A stretch of 56,057 nucleotides of DNA, the filler included, from Jimgerdemannia flammicorona (taxonomy: Eukaryota), in assembly GCA_003990765.1 (NCBI GenBank). It is 2 parts of 2 records of this genome, joined end to end, with 100 filler letters (N's around TTAATTAATTAA, not from the genome) between each part and the next. Parts side by side here need not be neighbours in the genome. Positions count along the whole stretch, not along the records: positions 1 to 27,984 come from RBNJ01000588.1; positions 28,085 to 56,057 come from RBNJ01000589.1. One strand, given 5' to 3'. Under the pieces are notes generated by a model. That model saw only the letters and a program-made list of their open reading frames with translations. It made no database searches and was not told where the DNA came from. Position numbers and translations under genes: made by a program. Positions within the stretch are counted from its first letter, which is position 1; each line of letters begins with the position of its first letter. Shown piece by piece: positions 25,118-38,001 of this stretch.

Positions 25118-26857
25118 GCTCAGGGGATGAGTGCATCAGAGGCTGGAGTGAATCAAGAATATATTTGTAGAGGCAAGTAAAACGATGACTTGTACCCAAC
25201 GTGTTGAAATACCCAATGCCTGGTGTATCAATTTACACAATTTACACTCTCTGATTTTGTTGCTCGCGGTGCAATGCTAATCAAACTTTTAATTATGCAT
25301 AGTTATCTCCTAGTTGTAAGTTTCTTTTATTATTTTTATTATGACCGAAATGGGGGACCTTACGTTAAGTGTGGGGAAACTTACAGACCTCCGGAAGGTT
25401 CCATAACCCGATTGAGAGAGGAAGAGAACACTGTGGTTTGCACAAGAACCCCTACTCGCGACGATTCCGTCTTCCAAGCTCTGTGTTCTGTATTTTTGGA
25501 ATCCTTATACAATAGAGATAAGGGGGAGGGTGATCTTATAATCGGAAAGCTTCTAATGTTGGTCGAAAAAACGGTAAACCTGGCAATGGGTTTGTGACCG
25601 AGGGGATCTCACGATCGGAGAGGACGTATACCAAAGTTTTACGAATGTAGATATATGACCTCGCCAATCCTTTGTTGCGCAATATTAATGTACCTGTTGC
25701 GTCATACAAAAGAAAAATCCATCGTTGTCATGTACGAACCATCATGGTCGGAAATTAATGATTTGATATTGGGTTGCGTGTGCAGGCTGGAGGAATTTGA
25801 CCGTTGGAATTGGAGTGAGCGACAAAATAAACGATGGAACGACGCCAACAACACTTGCGGAACATTGTTGAGAACGTAACTCTTGCCACCGCCCCACAAA
25901 CATTTTTTTTTATTTAATCCTGCCCACGAGGATAATCCTCCACGAGCGACATTGGAAATTGATCGTCTGGTCGGGCATCCCGCCCCATTTAGGTGTGTCG
26001 AACGCAAAGAGCCACGGTTGGATAGAAAGAAAGGGACATCCCCTGCCTACAGCCGAGGGGCGACGGGATTTCGAGAAAAGGCCGATGCACGTAGTTATGT
26101 TTACCTATTTGTGTGCTTTTTAATATATTTGGCAACGTGGCGATATCCCAATCCTGTGCACAGACGAAATGTCAGGTATCCTGGCTGTTTTAGCTCGCCG
26201 GTTCTCCTCCACAGCCTGTGTCACCATGGGCATGGATATTAATTTTTTGGATTCACTGACCGGCTCTTCGTCTTTCCAACCTTTCTCTTGGCGAGGTGTC
26301 GGGGGGTTGGACCATTCATTTCCAACAACCCTTTCCAAGTGGCTGCCATGTTTGTGCGCAATTAGTTGCTTGATCCTCTACTGTGTATAGAGTGTGCATT
26401 TTGTGTTGCCAGATCGATCGATCATTCTATATTTGTATCCATTTTCAATTATGATCATCAATGTGTATGTGTATAGATAGGCCCCATGACCCAGACCAGA
26501 CAGTCCATTTGTGACTTGCGGAAATTACAGTGACCATACCAGGTGTGTGAAAAGATCCACACACACGCCGGATGTCAAGACCAACGACCCAAAGTGCGCT
26601 TCGTGACGTGAGGAGGGAGGATCGACGGGAAAAATTTGCTTGTGGATGCTTCATTTTCGGAAGGAATTTCTACATGCTCTCCAAAAAGGGTTCTCCAAGA
26701 CGTTGCTGGGACGAGAGGGGGCAATCGTTGTTGCAAGTTGCGTTGTGCTTGGGTCGGACACAACATGGTTAGTGTGTATGGTGGCTCTGGAAGGCTCTAA
26801 TCATTTATTTAATTAATGGAGACGTTACAATTGGGATCCTGTAATTTCCACCATTTC

Positions 26858-26866
26858 ATTTATAAA
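26858..26866 (+). promoter_or_regulatory. Probable TATA box of the LPMO gene
   Basis: TTTATAAAG about 85 bp upstream of ATG 26949, followed by a pyrimidine-rich leader. Confidence 0.5.
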
Positions 26867-26948
26867 GGGCTACGGGGGTCACCCGTAGCAAAGTGAAAGA
26901 CATTCCCAAATCTCCCCCCTTTGCAACAACACACCCTTTATTCTCACC

Positions 26949-27959
26949 ATGGCGAAACTCGTCTCTCTTTTGACCACCTTTGTTGCGCTCTCAAGCTGCA
27001 TTGCAACCATCTCTGCCCATATGGCGATCCGCGATCCGCCTACACGCCGCGCGCTTGACAGCTCCTACTACCAAGAGGCGCACTGCGTCTCAAACAATCT
27101 CGTCACTCCGCTGACCTTCCAAGGCAAATTCACGTACCCCTGCCGTGGCTTCGCTCCTGGACCCGCCCTGAAGACTTGGACCGCCGGCAGGCCGGTCTCC
27201 GTGGAGATGATCCCGAGCGCGAACCACGGTGGCGGTCACTGCGAGCTCGCCATTTCGTACGACAACGTCAACTTTGCTGTCATCTACCAGTCCTTTGACA
27301 CCTGCCACTCCCACTGCGTCCAGGGCGACCGCGCCGCCTGCACGCTCAACTTCACACTCCCGGTCACCCTCCCGCCCTCACCGAGCGCCGTCCTCGCCTG
27401 GAGCTGGATTGCGCACACGGGCAACCGCGAGTACTTCCACGGGTGCAGTGACATCCAGATCGTGGCCCCGGCGGCCTCCCGCAAGCGCTCGCGCAAGAGC
27501 AAGCCCAAGACCAAGGTAACGGGCGGGTTCACAGGACCCAGGTTGACGGTAGCTAACTACCCAGGCTACCCGGTCGTCTTCGAGTTCAACTCCACGTACA
27601 ATGGTGTCCAGGTGTACCACTCGCAACCCCAGATCACCATCACGGCCCCGCCAAACGCCAAAGCCATCACCCAAGCCGCCGATGCCATTAGCTGCCCGCT
27701 CCCCACCGTGCCCATCGGCGACCTCTCCAAGCTGAGCAAGACCCTTCCCGTGGCGGGCACGGCGTGCACCCCGTCGCAGCCTTCGCGGTGCGTGAACCCT
27801 GGCAGCGTATATCTGGACGGATTGCTTTTCATCGCGTGTGACGGGCAGACGTGGCAGCAGTCGTACCTGTCGGCTGGATTGCTGTGCGTCCAGACGGAGA
27901 AGGGGATCATGGGGTACTCGCAGAGCGCCGGTGACTTGACCGCTGACAACAATTGGTGA
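26949..27959 (+). CDS. Secreted lytic polysaccharide monooxygenase-like protein (AA11-like) with a C-terminal Cys-rich, CBM19-like module
   Basis: The signal peptide ends at TISA, followed by His1 (HMAIRDPPTR). Motifs ANHGGGHCELAISYD and VLAWSWIAHTGNREYFHGCSDI match the AA11 pattern HGGGSCQ / WTWFNxxGNREMYMNC. P/T linker, intronless, GC3-rich. Confidence 0.85.
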   Translation: MAKLVSLLTTFVALSSCIATISAHMAIRDPPTRRALDSSYYQEAHCVSNNLVTPLTFQGKFTYPCRGFAPGPALKTWTAGRPVSVEMIPSANHGGGHCELAISYDNVNFAVIYQSFDTCHSHCVQGDRAACTLNFTLPVTLPPSPSAVLAWSWIAHTGNREYFHGCSDIQIVAPAASRKRSRKSKPKTKVTGGFTGPRLTVANYPGYPVVFEFNSTYNGVQVYHSQPQITITAPPNAKAITQAADAISCPLPTVPIGDLSKLSKTLPVAGTACTPSQPSRCVNPGSVYLDGLLFIACDGQTWQQSYLSAGLLCVQTEKGIMGYSQSAGDLTADNNW

Positions 27960-27984
27960 GGAGGTCAAAGATTCAAAGGGGGGG

Positions 27985-28084
27985 NNNNNNNNNNNNNNNN
28001 NNNNNNNNNNNNNNNNNNNNNNNNNNNNTTAATTAATTAANNNNNNNNNNNNNNNNNNNNNNNNNNNNNNNNNNNNNNNNNNNN
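27985..28084. other. Artificial 100-bp spacer / contig join
   Basis: 44 N + TTAATTAATTAA (stop in all six frames) + 44 N. Confidence 0.97.
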
Positions 28085-28242
28085 AAAACAAATTTTTTTT
28101 TTTTGTAAAATTTTTACCAAAGGTAGAATTATTATATAAAAAATTATTGGTAAATTTTTTTTTAAAAGCTATTATGATTTTAAAAGTTATAAACTTTTAA
28201 AATCTTGCCTCTAAATATAGGTGCAAAACAGTCAAAGGGATA

Positions 28243-31200
28243 AGTCTTGTATTCTGTGACTTCATATTGACTCAGCTTTATATGCTGTGACTTCAGTTTG
28301 ACTCAGCTTTATGATCTTGCAGGTGATTTTCAGATTTGTTTGGAGGTCACATGTGATTTCAGTGGCTTGTTCAGAGGGTGACATGTGATTTCAGTAGCTT
28401 GGAGGTTGTGTGCTTACAACTCTCCCCTTCTTAGCTTTCAATGTCCTTGTTGGGGCCTTCTAATTTGTTCTAATGTTATTACACTATTTGGGAGGTCAAA
28501 AGTCTAGTGAAGTCCATTTTTCTCAGAAAGCAGCATACTCATAGTACAGTTGCCTAATATGTTGGATTTATATATTAAAGGGTTATGTGTTCAATGCCAT
28601 GTGCTGAAAGTGATTCTGACATCATTCACTGTTGGAGAATTTTCTCTAAGGAATCTTCTTAAATGTCTATGCCTCATTTCCCACCAGTGGTACAGAGAGA
28701 ATAGGCTTGCTTTCAGTTTTGCTATTTTTCTAGAGAGTTGGTATTCTTTGTCTTGTCTTGCTGAGTCCTTGATTTTGTTCATAATAATTATAATATTTGG
28801 AAGAGTAATATATAGTATGTACTGATAGGTGTGGAGTATTTGGTTTTAGTTGTTCAAGGAATTATATTCCTGAACTAAGTCAGTAGCATTCTGGAGGTTG
28901 GTCTTGGGTTCTCAGATTATGTCATAGATTGGGTAACCTTTCTATTTGACAAGATACTCAGGGTGATTCTTGTGGCCACATTTATTGAGGATTTGTTCAA
29001 CTTCGTATTCTTCTTGGTCATTAATAGTGATAGGTGCAGGTGGTTCGGTTGTCTGGTTTGAGAATAGCTCATCATCATTTTCATTGTATCACTTGAGACA
29101 TTAGACATTAAAGACTGGATGGACCTTAATAGTGTCTGGTAGTGCCAATTTGTAGGAGGTCAGAGAGACTTGTGCAATGACTTCAAATGGTCCAATAAAC
29201 TTACTGTTCAGCTTTGTAGATGGTCTGTGTTTGAGGTTGTCAACTTGGTATCCTCAGATATCTAGTAGAACTTTTTCTCTAATATCAAAGATTTCTTCTC
29301 AGTAGTATTGGTTAACATACTGTGACTGTTGTTCTTGAGCTTGTGATAAATTCTCAATTGCAATCTGGCTTAGATTACATATTCAGAGCAGGAATTCTTC
29401 AACAGCTTTGACTGTAGAGAGTTCATTGGTAGTTCAGATAAGTGTCAGAGAGGTGTTTGGGTTTTGTCCAGTGTTGGCAAAGAATGGAGTCATTCTAAGA
29501 GAGGCTTGCTTGCTATTGTTATAGACAAACTTGACTGCAGTAAGGTATTCATACTAATCATCTTATCTGTAGAAAACATAGTTCCTTAGCATTTGTTCCA
29601 GATTTTGGTTCATTCTTTCAGTTTGGCCATCAGTTTTAGGGTAAAAGACTGTAGATAGTGCAAGTTTTGTTCCAAGGTATGCATAGAGAGCTTTCCAAAA
29701 ATGGCTGGTGAATTTCAGGTCTTGATCACTAACAATGATCTTAGAAAGACCGTGATAGCAGAAGATATTGTCAAACAAGAGTATGGCTATGTCTGGTGCT
29801 ATTGCAGTAGTAGTAGTTGGTATGGAGTGGGCTTGCTTGCTGAGATAGTCCACAAAGACAATAATTGTATCTTTCCCATTCTTGGTTTGGGGTAGTTGTA
29901 CAATGAAGTCCATAGAGATTTGTTCCCAATTAGTGGATAGTACTGGGATAGGGTAGAGTAAGCCAGGTTTTGCTAGTGTTGAGGACTTGTTTCATTAGCA
30001 GGCATCACAGGAAGTAATGTAGGTCTTTAGCTAATCTGCCATGCAGGGCCAATAGAAGTTTTAGGAGATAACTTCATAGCATTTGTCAAATTCTAAATAT
30101 CCAGTGGTAGGGATATCATGACATTCAAATAAGATAGTCCTTTGAAGGTCTCAGTTGTTTGGAACATACAGTCTGTCCTTGTAATAGATGGTATTATTTT
30201 TGAGTTGGTATTGGTTGTACTGGGTATACTTATTAGTATCATTACTATTTAGGATTTCTCAGAGTGCTTGAGCTTCTTTATCATCAGCACATACTGTGAT
30301 AATTTGTTCCATGATAGTGTTGGTAACCAAGGTGAGAGTTTGGATAACTTCTTCAATGAATAGTCTGAAGATTGCATCAGCAACAATGTTTTTCTTACCA
30401 GGGTGATACTGAATTTTGTAGTCAAAGTTGGTGAGAACTTTCATCTATCTGGCTTGCTTTTGAGAAAGGGTAACCTGTGTTTTGATGTTGACTAATGACT
30501 TGTGGTCAGTCAATACAATAAAGTGTGCTCTTTTTAGATATAGTCACCATTTGATCAGAGTGTCTACGATGGCTAACATTTCCTTCTTGTGAGTTGCATA
30601 GTTGATTTCAATATTATTGAACTTGTGGGAATGGTAGGCCACAGGGTGTCCTTCTTGCATGAGTACTGCTCCAAGGGCTAGGTTGGAGGTATCAGTAGTA
30701 ACTTCATATGGTAGAGCAGAGTTTGCTGCTTGAAGTACTGGAGTAGTTATCAAGATATCTTTCAATGCTTGAAAGGCTGTATCTTGTTCAGATCTCCAAT
30801 TTATAAGATTGTTGAAGTCTTTTTCTTGTTTTATGGTCTAGAGCTGTTCTTTTTTCTTGCTATGCTTGGTTATTTGGATGAGGACAGTAGTAATCTTAGT
30901 GAAGTTAGCAACAAATTGCCTGTAATAATTTGCTAATCCCAGGAATGACTGGAGGTCTTTCAGCTTCTTGGGTCTGGGCTAATTCTTGATTACAGAGATT
31001 TTGCTGAGGTCTACTTTGATTCTATTTGGTGTGACGATGTATCCAAGAAATTGAATTTCCTTCAGGAGGAATTCACACTTGCTGAGTTTTGCAAAGAGTT
31101 GGTTTTCTTGGAGTTTCAGTAGTATATACTAGTTTGAGGTATTCAAGATGTTCCTCCAGGGTTTTACTGAAGACTAGGATGTCATCAATATAGATAATAA

Positions 31201-34200
31201 TGAATTTATCTAGGTATGGGTGCAGAATAGTATTCATCAGGGTCTGGAAAGTTGCTGGAGCATTAGTTAAGCCAAAGGGCATAACCAGAAATTCAAAATG
31301 TCCATAGCGAGTTTGGAAGGCTGTCTTGTAGTTGTCTTCTTCTTTCATAGCAATTTGCCAGTAATTATTTTGTAGGTCAAAAGAGCTTATAAATTGTAGG
31401 TTGGTAAGTCTGTCAAATATTTCATTGATTCTGAGTAGTGGGCAACAGTTCTTGATGGTCTGTTCATTGAGATCTCAGTAATCAATACACATTTATAGGT
31501 CTTCTTCTTTCTTGACAACAAAGAGGACTGGTGTACCATAAGGTGATATACTGAGTCTGATGAATCCTTATTCTAGGAGTTTGTCAATTTCTTTCTTGAG
31601 TATATTGATTTCTCTCAGAGACATATGGTAGATTGACTTGAAGGCTGGCTTGGCATCTGAAATGATCTTGATGGCATAGTCTACTGCTTGTTTAGGAGAT
31701 AGGCCTTTCAGAAGTTTCTTTGGGAATATGTTTCGAAATTTCTAGAGTAGTGGTCTGACACAGCTGTCAACTTTAGAAAAGTCTTCTTCAGAGTTCTTGG
31801 GTTCTTCTTTGGATGGTTAGATGGAGATAGCAAAAAGAGAACATTTCTTGGCCAATTTCTTAAGCTATAGCTTATTGATGTGAGTGATCTTTGGTACAGA
31901 GTCACTAGAGCTGAGTGGGTCCTTTTCACCTTGCAGTTTGAAGTTGTGGCATCCTTTCTTGATGGTTAGAGAATGGTTTACCCAATCAATCATAGAGTTC
32001 TCTTGTTTTAACCATGGAGTTCTAAGGATGATTTCATTGTTTGGAAGTGGTACAATTTGAAGGGTAATATGTACTTGGTAGTCACCAATTTGGAAGGGTA
32101 GGTTGCAGACTTCCTTGCTAATGACATGTGAGGTTCCATCATCTGTAGCAACTGCTTGAGTTTGTTGTACCAGAGAGGTGAAGACCTTGAGTCTGTTGGC
32201 TATTTCTTTATTGATGAAGTTGCCTGAGGCACCACTGTCTATCATAATCTTGACAGATGCTCAGTTGACAAAAGCTTGAAGTGTAAGCAGTTTGTCTAAT
32301 CCAATAGTAGTAATTTCAGTTGTAGGAGCTTTTCTTCTATTGGTTTTTCTTTGAGCCAGTTCATTGACACAAGAGAAGTAATCATCAATCATTCAGGAAG
32401 AGTATATTCCAATATCATGGGGGCATCAGCCACTTGGTATATATCTATCTTCAATTTTCTTGTAGAATTATTCTTCTTTGTTCACAGTAGGTTGGGCTGG
32501 GGTCTTGTTTGATGAGCCAAATCCTTTGGATCCTCGGATGGTAGACAGTAGTTCAGGGACTTCCTTGACTATCAGGGTTGACTCGATTTTTTCGAATAGG
32601 ATCTAGGCAATGTAAAAACCTATAGAGATCTTAAAAGGTGTCTAACTGTAGTTTTGGATAAGGACAATGATTTTGCCTGTATAATCCTTGTCAATGACTC
32701 CTCCTTCTACTGAGAGTCCTTTTAATGCTAGGCTGCTACGATAGCATATTCTTCCAATATGTCCTTCAGAGATTTGGATACTGATTCCTATATAGACTTG
32801 CTTGACTTCTTAGTTGGAAACTGTAGCTTCTTCAGCTGCATATAGGTCATATCCAGCTGCCTTTTGACTTCCTTTGGTTGGGGTCTTAGTAGTTTGTCTT
32901 AACTTGACAAAGTCCAGTATTCTGGTGATCAGGTTATTGAGGTGGTGCAGAGTAGTAACAGTTGCTCATTTTGCTGTTCGGGGTTTTCGGTTGGAGTAGG
33001 CACTGGCCATATGTCCTGTCTTTCAGCAATAGAAGTATGCTCCACTTCTTTGAAGTTCATTCCTTTCTCCTTCAGTGAGTTTCTTAAAGGTACTCGGCTG
33101 GATGGGTTCATGATTTCTGGGTGTCTATGAGGTAGATGTAGAGGGAGCTTAGGATGCATCATGCTTGGGTTCTTCTTTCTTAGTCCAAGTCTTTTCCTTG
33201 TTATTGAATTGTCTTCAGGGCAGAATTGGTCCAGCTGTTAGAATTCACTTAACCATAGTCTTGATTCTTGCTGGACACTATTGTTGGTGATCACAATCAA
33301 CTGGGCGGCCTTGTTCTTGAATTTTTCTCATAAGCCATTCAGGTAGGATATTGAATAAATAGTCTGCTCTTATACAATTTCATACTTCATCATTGGCAAT
33401 ATATCCTAGACCAATAGTGTTCAGGAGTGACTCGAGTTTTGTACAGAAAGTTTCAAATTCTTCCTTGCTATATACATTGAATTTGAGGTTACAGAGTTTT
33501 ACTTGAGATTCAGCAATCATAGTTTCACTGTGGTATTGGGCAATTATAAGTTGTTTGAGTCCAGAGGCTGCAGGATGGGCTCCATATCCTGGGGCATTGT
33601 TTGCTATATTCTGGGCAACTACTGCAGGTCAGGTATCCTATGTGAGGGGTTTTTCAGGAAGGGTTCACCACCATTCTTCAGCAGGTCCTCAAAAGAATAT
33701 AACAACTTGACAAACATAGGCTGTAGTTATAGTAAAGAGTTGTTCCAGAGTGTGGTCTTGATTGTTTATCAGAAGACAGTCAGCAACTCGCTCATTGGTC
33801 CATTGATTGGCTTCAAAGTTGGTGTCAACTATACTAATGAAGCTTTGGACTTCTTGTGCAGTACCATTGAAGGTAGGTAGGCTCAGATTTTTGGTAGGTC
33901 GGGTCTGTTCGGCTAAGGTAGTAATGGTTGCTGCCATTATGGCTATCTGGGCTGTGAGGTCTAAAATCTGTTAATTCATCATGTTGTTTACTGGAGGTGG
34001 TTGGACTGCTGGTAGTGGTGTTATTAGTACTACTTGAGGTACTGGTGCAGAGTGTGATGGTGTTCTTTGAGTCTGTGTAAGTTGCTGGAGTAATAGTTGT
34101 GGGTCTGGAGTAAAGGCTTAATAAATAGCTATCTGTTGCTATATAGGTGTGTTCTGTCCTGATGGAAGTACATCACCTTCTGTGGTATATCTAGGATTGA

Positions 34201-36498
34201 ATTCACTGAGATACTCCTCCTCCTCTTTGGTTTGGTCCCTGTATAGTTGGGTTTGCTCAGCATCAAAGTAGATAGAATCAGTTATATATCTGATTTTGGA
34301 TGGACTTAATTCAAAGTCAAGTTCTGGTTCAGTGTTGGTTTCAGATTCAGATAGAGTAGTAGCAGAACTTGCTTCTGGTTCAGGGTCAGATAGTTGATGA
34401 AGAGTTTCTCTTACTTCTTCTTTAAGAATATGGCAGGCCTTACTGTTCTGGAATCAGTAGTATAATACAGTCTTGGTCCTGGTATGGTAAAAGTCAGTAG
34501 AGTTGAGCCACTTAGCTACAGAGGCTTGGGCTTTGTGAGGGACTAAGGCTAGAAAGACTGCTGATGGTTGTCCTAGATCACTCAGATTTGTAGAGCTGAC
34601 AAAACTTTTGTTGAGAAGAGTAAAGAAGACTTCTATAAGACCTTCTTTGTCTTGACTTGCTGAGTGTAGAGCAAGAAGTTCGGTAAATAGGATTTTACCT
34701 ATCTGCTGATTTAATCAGAGTACTTCTTTCTTTGAGTGAAGTTTGTCCCACTTGTTGCAGGTGTGGAGGTCAAATTGTCCTTATATGTCAGGTTCAATTT
34801 TCTCTAGATTGTCAGATGATTCAGGATAAATTCCAGTTCAGAGGTTGGGCTTTATACCAACTTGTAGGAATTCTCAGAGGGGTTTGTAGCAGGGTGAGAA
34901 AGTATCTTAAAGTAGAATTGGATTATAAACTGCTGCTACTAAGTTGTAAGAGAGTTGTTTTTTAGAATAATCATTATGTAGTTCTGAAAGGGTTTTCTAG
35001 AAGTTCTGGATATTCTGGAAGACTATTTTCTTATGGTCAAGATTAATTTCATATGGAGTATGTCCTCTATGCTTATTGATTTCAAGATTGGGTTGACATC
35101 TTAATTAAAGTCCTTTTTCAGACTAGTTCTGGATGTTTAGGATTTTCCATATTTCAGGAAGTTCAAAAAACTAAGACCAGCTTAGTTGAATTGGCATATT
35201 GCTGCAGATAATACCCAATTAGGAAATGTTATGACAGGGTTAGAAGTGGGACCTAACAGGGAGCAGATTTACTTAAGAGTAGTTTATGGGTTATTAAATA
35301 GGTTTATTCGCTATTCATGATATTATTATACTAAGAGTAGTTATATGAAGGGATATTGTGGGGAAGTGCTCAGGAGTTATGTTTGGATTGTTCAAGTATT
35401 CAAGTCTGAGATTCTGAGATCTAAGGGAGGGGGTATTTATACTAGTGAGGGGCTATCTGAACTATGCTAGATATAGATATAGCACTTAGTGCCTTGCTGA
35501 GTCAGAATGCAGTCATATAGTACAAGTGTGATCTGATATATCAAGAGATCATCTGACTGCTGAGTTAGTTTACAGTCATATTATATAAGACTAATCTAAC
35601 TATACTATAACTGTTAGGCTATCTATAGATTTAGACACTGTCTGGGTAGTCTTTAATGACATTACCATCAATGGCATCATCTCTGGTCTAGGAAGAGTGG
35701 TTTGCAGATTACTTCTCCTTATTCACTGAGGTAATAATATATAAGGACTTTGTCATCATCCCACAGGATAGCATCATCTGTCTCATATGCTAGATAAGGT
35801 GTTGGTGAGTAAAGAAGAAGTACATCATCTTTGCTTTCATCAGATTCACTGTCTGCATACCTTCTATAGATTACAGCACTATAAGTTGTAGGGTTGTAGT
35901 AAGCTGGTGGCTGTGGTTCATATCACTCATACTCAGGTGGTGGAGTGGTTGGTTCAATCTCGAGGGTTGTCTGAAGGTACAGGTTGTGTTCTTCTATCTC
36001 TTCATTGTAGTTAAAGTAATTGGGGGTAAATGCAAGTTGGTATTCATGCCAGTAGTCATTGTTCCAGTAGGTCTCGTAGGTAGTTATAAACTGTTGCAAG
36101 TTCATTGGTAAGGTTGGTGGTGTGATCAGGGTTGGTAGAGATTCTTGGCTGGAGGTCATATTGGTATCAGAGGGATTATTGTCTTCTGCTTCATCTTCAT
36201 CGAACCAGATTATATTGTAGACATCCTTCATAATATATCCAACTTGAGGCATTTGTAGAACATAGTCATTGGGGTGCAGGAAGGTTCTGTCTGTGGTCTG
36301 GACATATTCAAAATACTTGTGGTTGAGTTCTTGTATCATGTTATCGATTTGGCCATAGGATAGGGTGGCAACCATTTTGCTGGTAGTAACTCAGAGATAG
36401 AAAATAAAGGTGCTGTACTCATAGAAGAGTTCTCAATGTTTGCAGGCAATGAGTTTCTGGTATTGAGACATCTGAGTAATATCTGTATCATGATGGTG
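28243..36498 (-). mobile_element. Gypsy lineage A copy A3: complete internal region, both LTRs truncated, heavily mutated
   Basis: 5' LTR remnant 34945-36498, PBS ~34930-34941, then gag, dUTPase ~32515-32915, PR (IDSGASGNFI), RT ([10 protein letters not shown]), RH, IN, chromodomain ~28860-29010. PPT 28420-28432, 3' LTR remnant 28243-28418. Confidence 0.94.
35632..36498 (-). pseudogene. C-terminal part of the LTR-encoded accessory ORF in A3
   Basis: 35923-36375 (MVATLSYGQID...EIEPTTPPPEYE) matches 38631-39085 and spans the A2 5' LTR frameshift in a single frame. Confidence 0.8.
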
Positions 36499-38001
36499 TT
36501 TTTTTTTTTTTTTTTTTTTTTATAGTCCCTTGGACTCCGTCTTTATTACCAGTCTATGAATAAGTATACAATATCACCACCCACTATCCAATCCCCATCA
36601 GGGGGCCCCTCCCCACCTCTTCACGTATAAAGACTACCCTCTCACCAACAACTCCAACTCTCCCACCACTCTGACCACAGATTTTCACCACCAAGCGGTG
36701 CCTCCGACCCCTCTGTAGCCCCCAACCAAGCCACCAGCCTGTCAAGGTATCCTCCATAAGGAACTACCACTATGATAACCAGCTCCCCAAGCTCTGTCGC
36801 CTCTCCTCCTCAAATACAAATAGCCAGTGACCGGCCAGCCCAACCCAAATAGCCAATGTCCAGCCTAGAGTAATCTACTCTTCCCCTACCCCTCCTATCA
36901 ATCGATCCCTCAGGTCCTCCCACCTCCCCTGTACATCATCACCCCTACATCTTACCCCCAAGCAGTCCCCAATGGCCTGCCAAAAGTCTCCCAACACCTC
37001 ACACTCCCCTAGCCAATGTTCTGGCATCTGTACAAATCCCCCTTTCTGCCCTACATTATGGCACTCTTTGCAGTCAAAGTAGCCCCCTACAACAAGGTGT
37101 CCTGAGCAGAAGTTAAGCATCACATTCCTCCTCAGCACATACCACCAGACTACCCAGTACTTTAGCAGTATCCAATTTTTCACTGTGGCACTCCAGGTCC
37201 AAACCCCATACCAGTCCCACTCCTCACCAATTCCAACTCCTTGCCAACCACTAGGCCACAGATCCTGGCCTAGTCCCCTTTGGCATTTAATGCCATCACT
37301 AATATTGAACTCCAGTAAAGGCATGCCTCCCAGAAGAATGCTATCTCATCTCCACATCGCCGGGCCCCAAGCCCTCTCCCCCTCATCCCCTCACCAGCGA
37401 ATACCAATGCGGTGTGCCCCCTCGGCTATCCCCCACCAGAAGCCTTTATATCTCAGTTGCGTAGTATTCTGGAGCCCAACTAATGAAAGAAGATCACCAG
37501 TCAAGCCTCTTGGTGATGTCTGCCTCTCCCATATCTTCTGCAGCAGGGGAACCCAGCCCCCTCCATGCAACTCCACCACCCTCCTCAGCCACCAAGCCCT
37601 CAAGCAGTATAGTCTTTTGGGGAAGTCCACCAGCCCAAGACCACCTCTCACCACCAGTAGGGACAAAGTCTGCCAACCAATCTGACTCTGTCTGCTAGCC
37701 CAAATCCATCTCTTGGCCACCTTCATCAATCTCTTCACCACCCAGGCTGGGAAGTCCAGATGATAAGCCAAATACCACAGCTTTGGCAGCCAGTATACAT
37801 TCAAAATTGAGATCCTTCCTGCCAGAGAGAAGTGTCTACCCCCTCAACCCCATAGGTCCTCCTCCCAAAATCCAATCCTCTGCTCCCACTATAGCTTGGG
37901 CAAAACAGACCCATATACTGACAAATAGATACCCAAGTACTACACTGCCTCTCCAGTGGGGACAATTGTTCCAATAACTTCCCTGCCCACCAGGCCATTG
38001 C

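Noticed and set aside
25223..26772. Several short ORFs upstream of the LPMO gene
   Set aside because: No motifs, codon bias or coherent exon structure; treated as intergenic.
27090..27968. Overlapping minus-strand ORFs over the LPMO gene
   Set aside because: An expected by-product of high GC3 codon usage; no recognisable motifs.
27985..28084. Palindromic TTAATTAATTAA between N runs, and apparent linkage of the LPMO gene to Gypsy A3
   Set aside because: This is an artificial all-frame-stop spacer. Adjacency of the two halves cannot be assumed.
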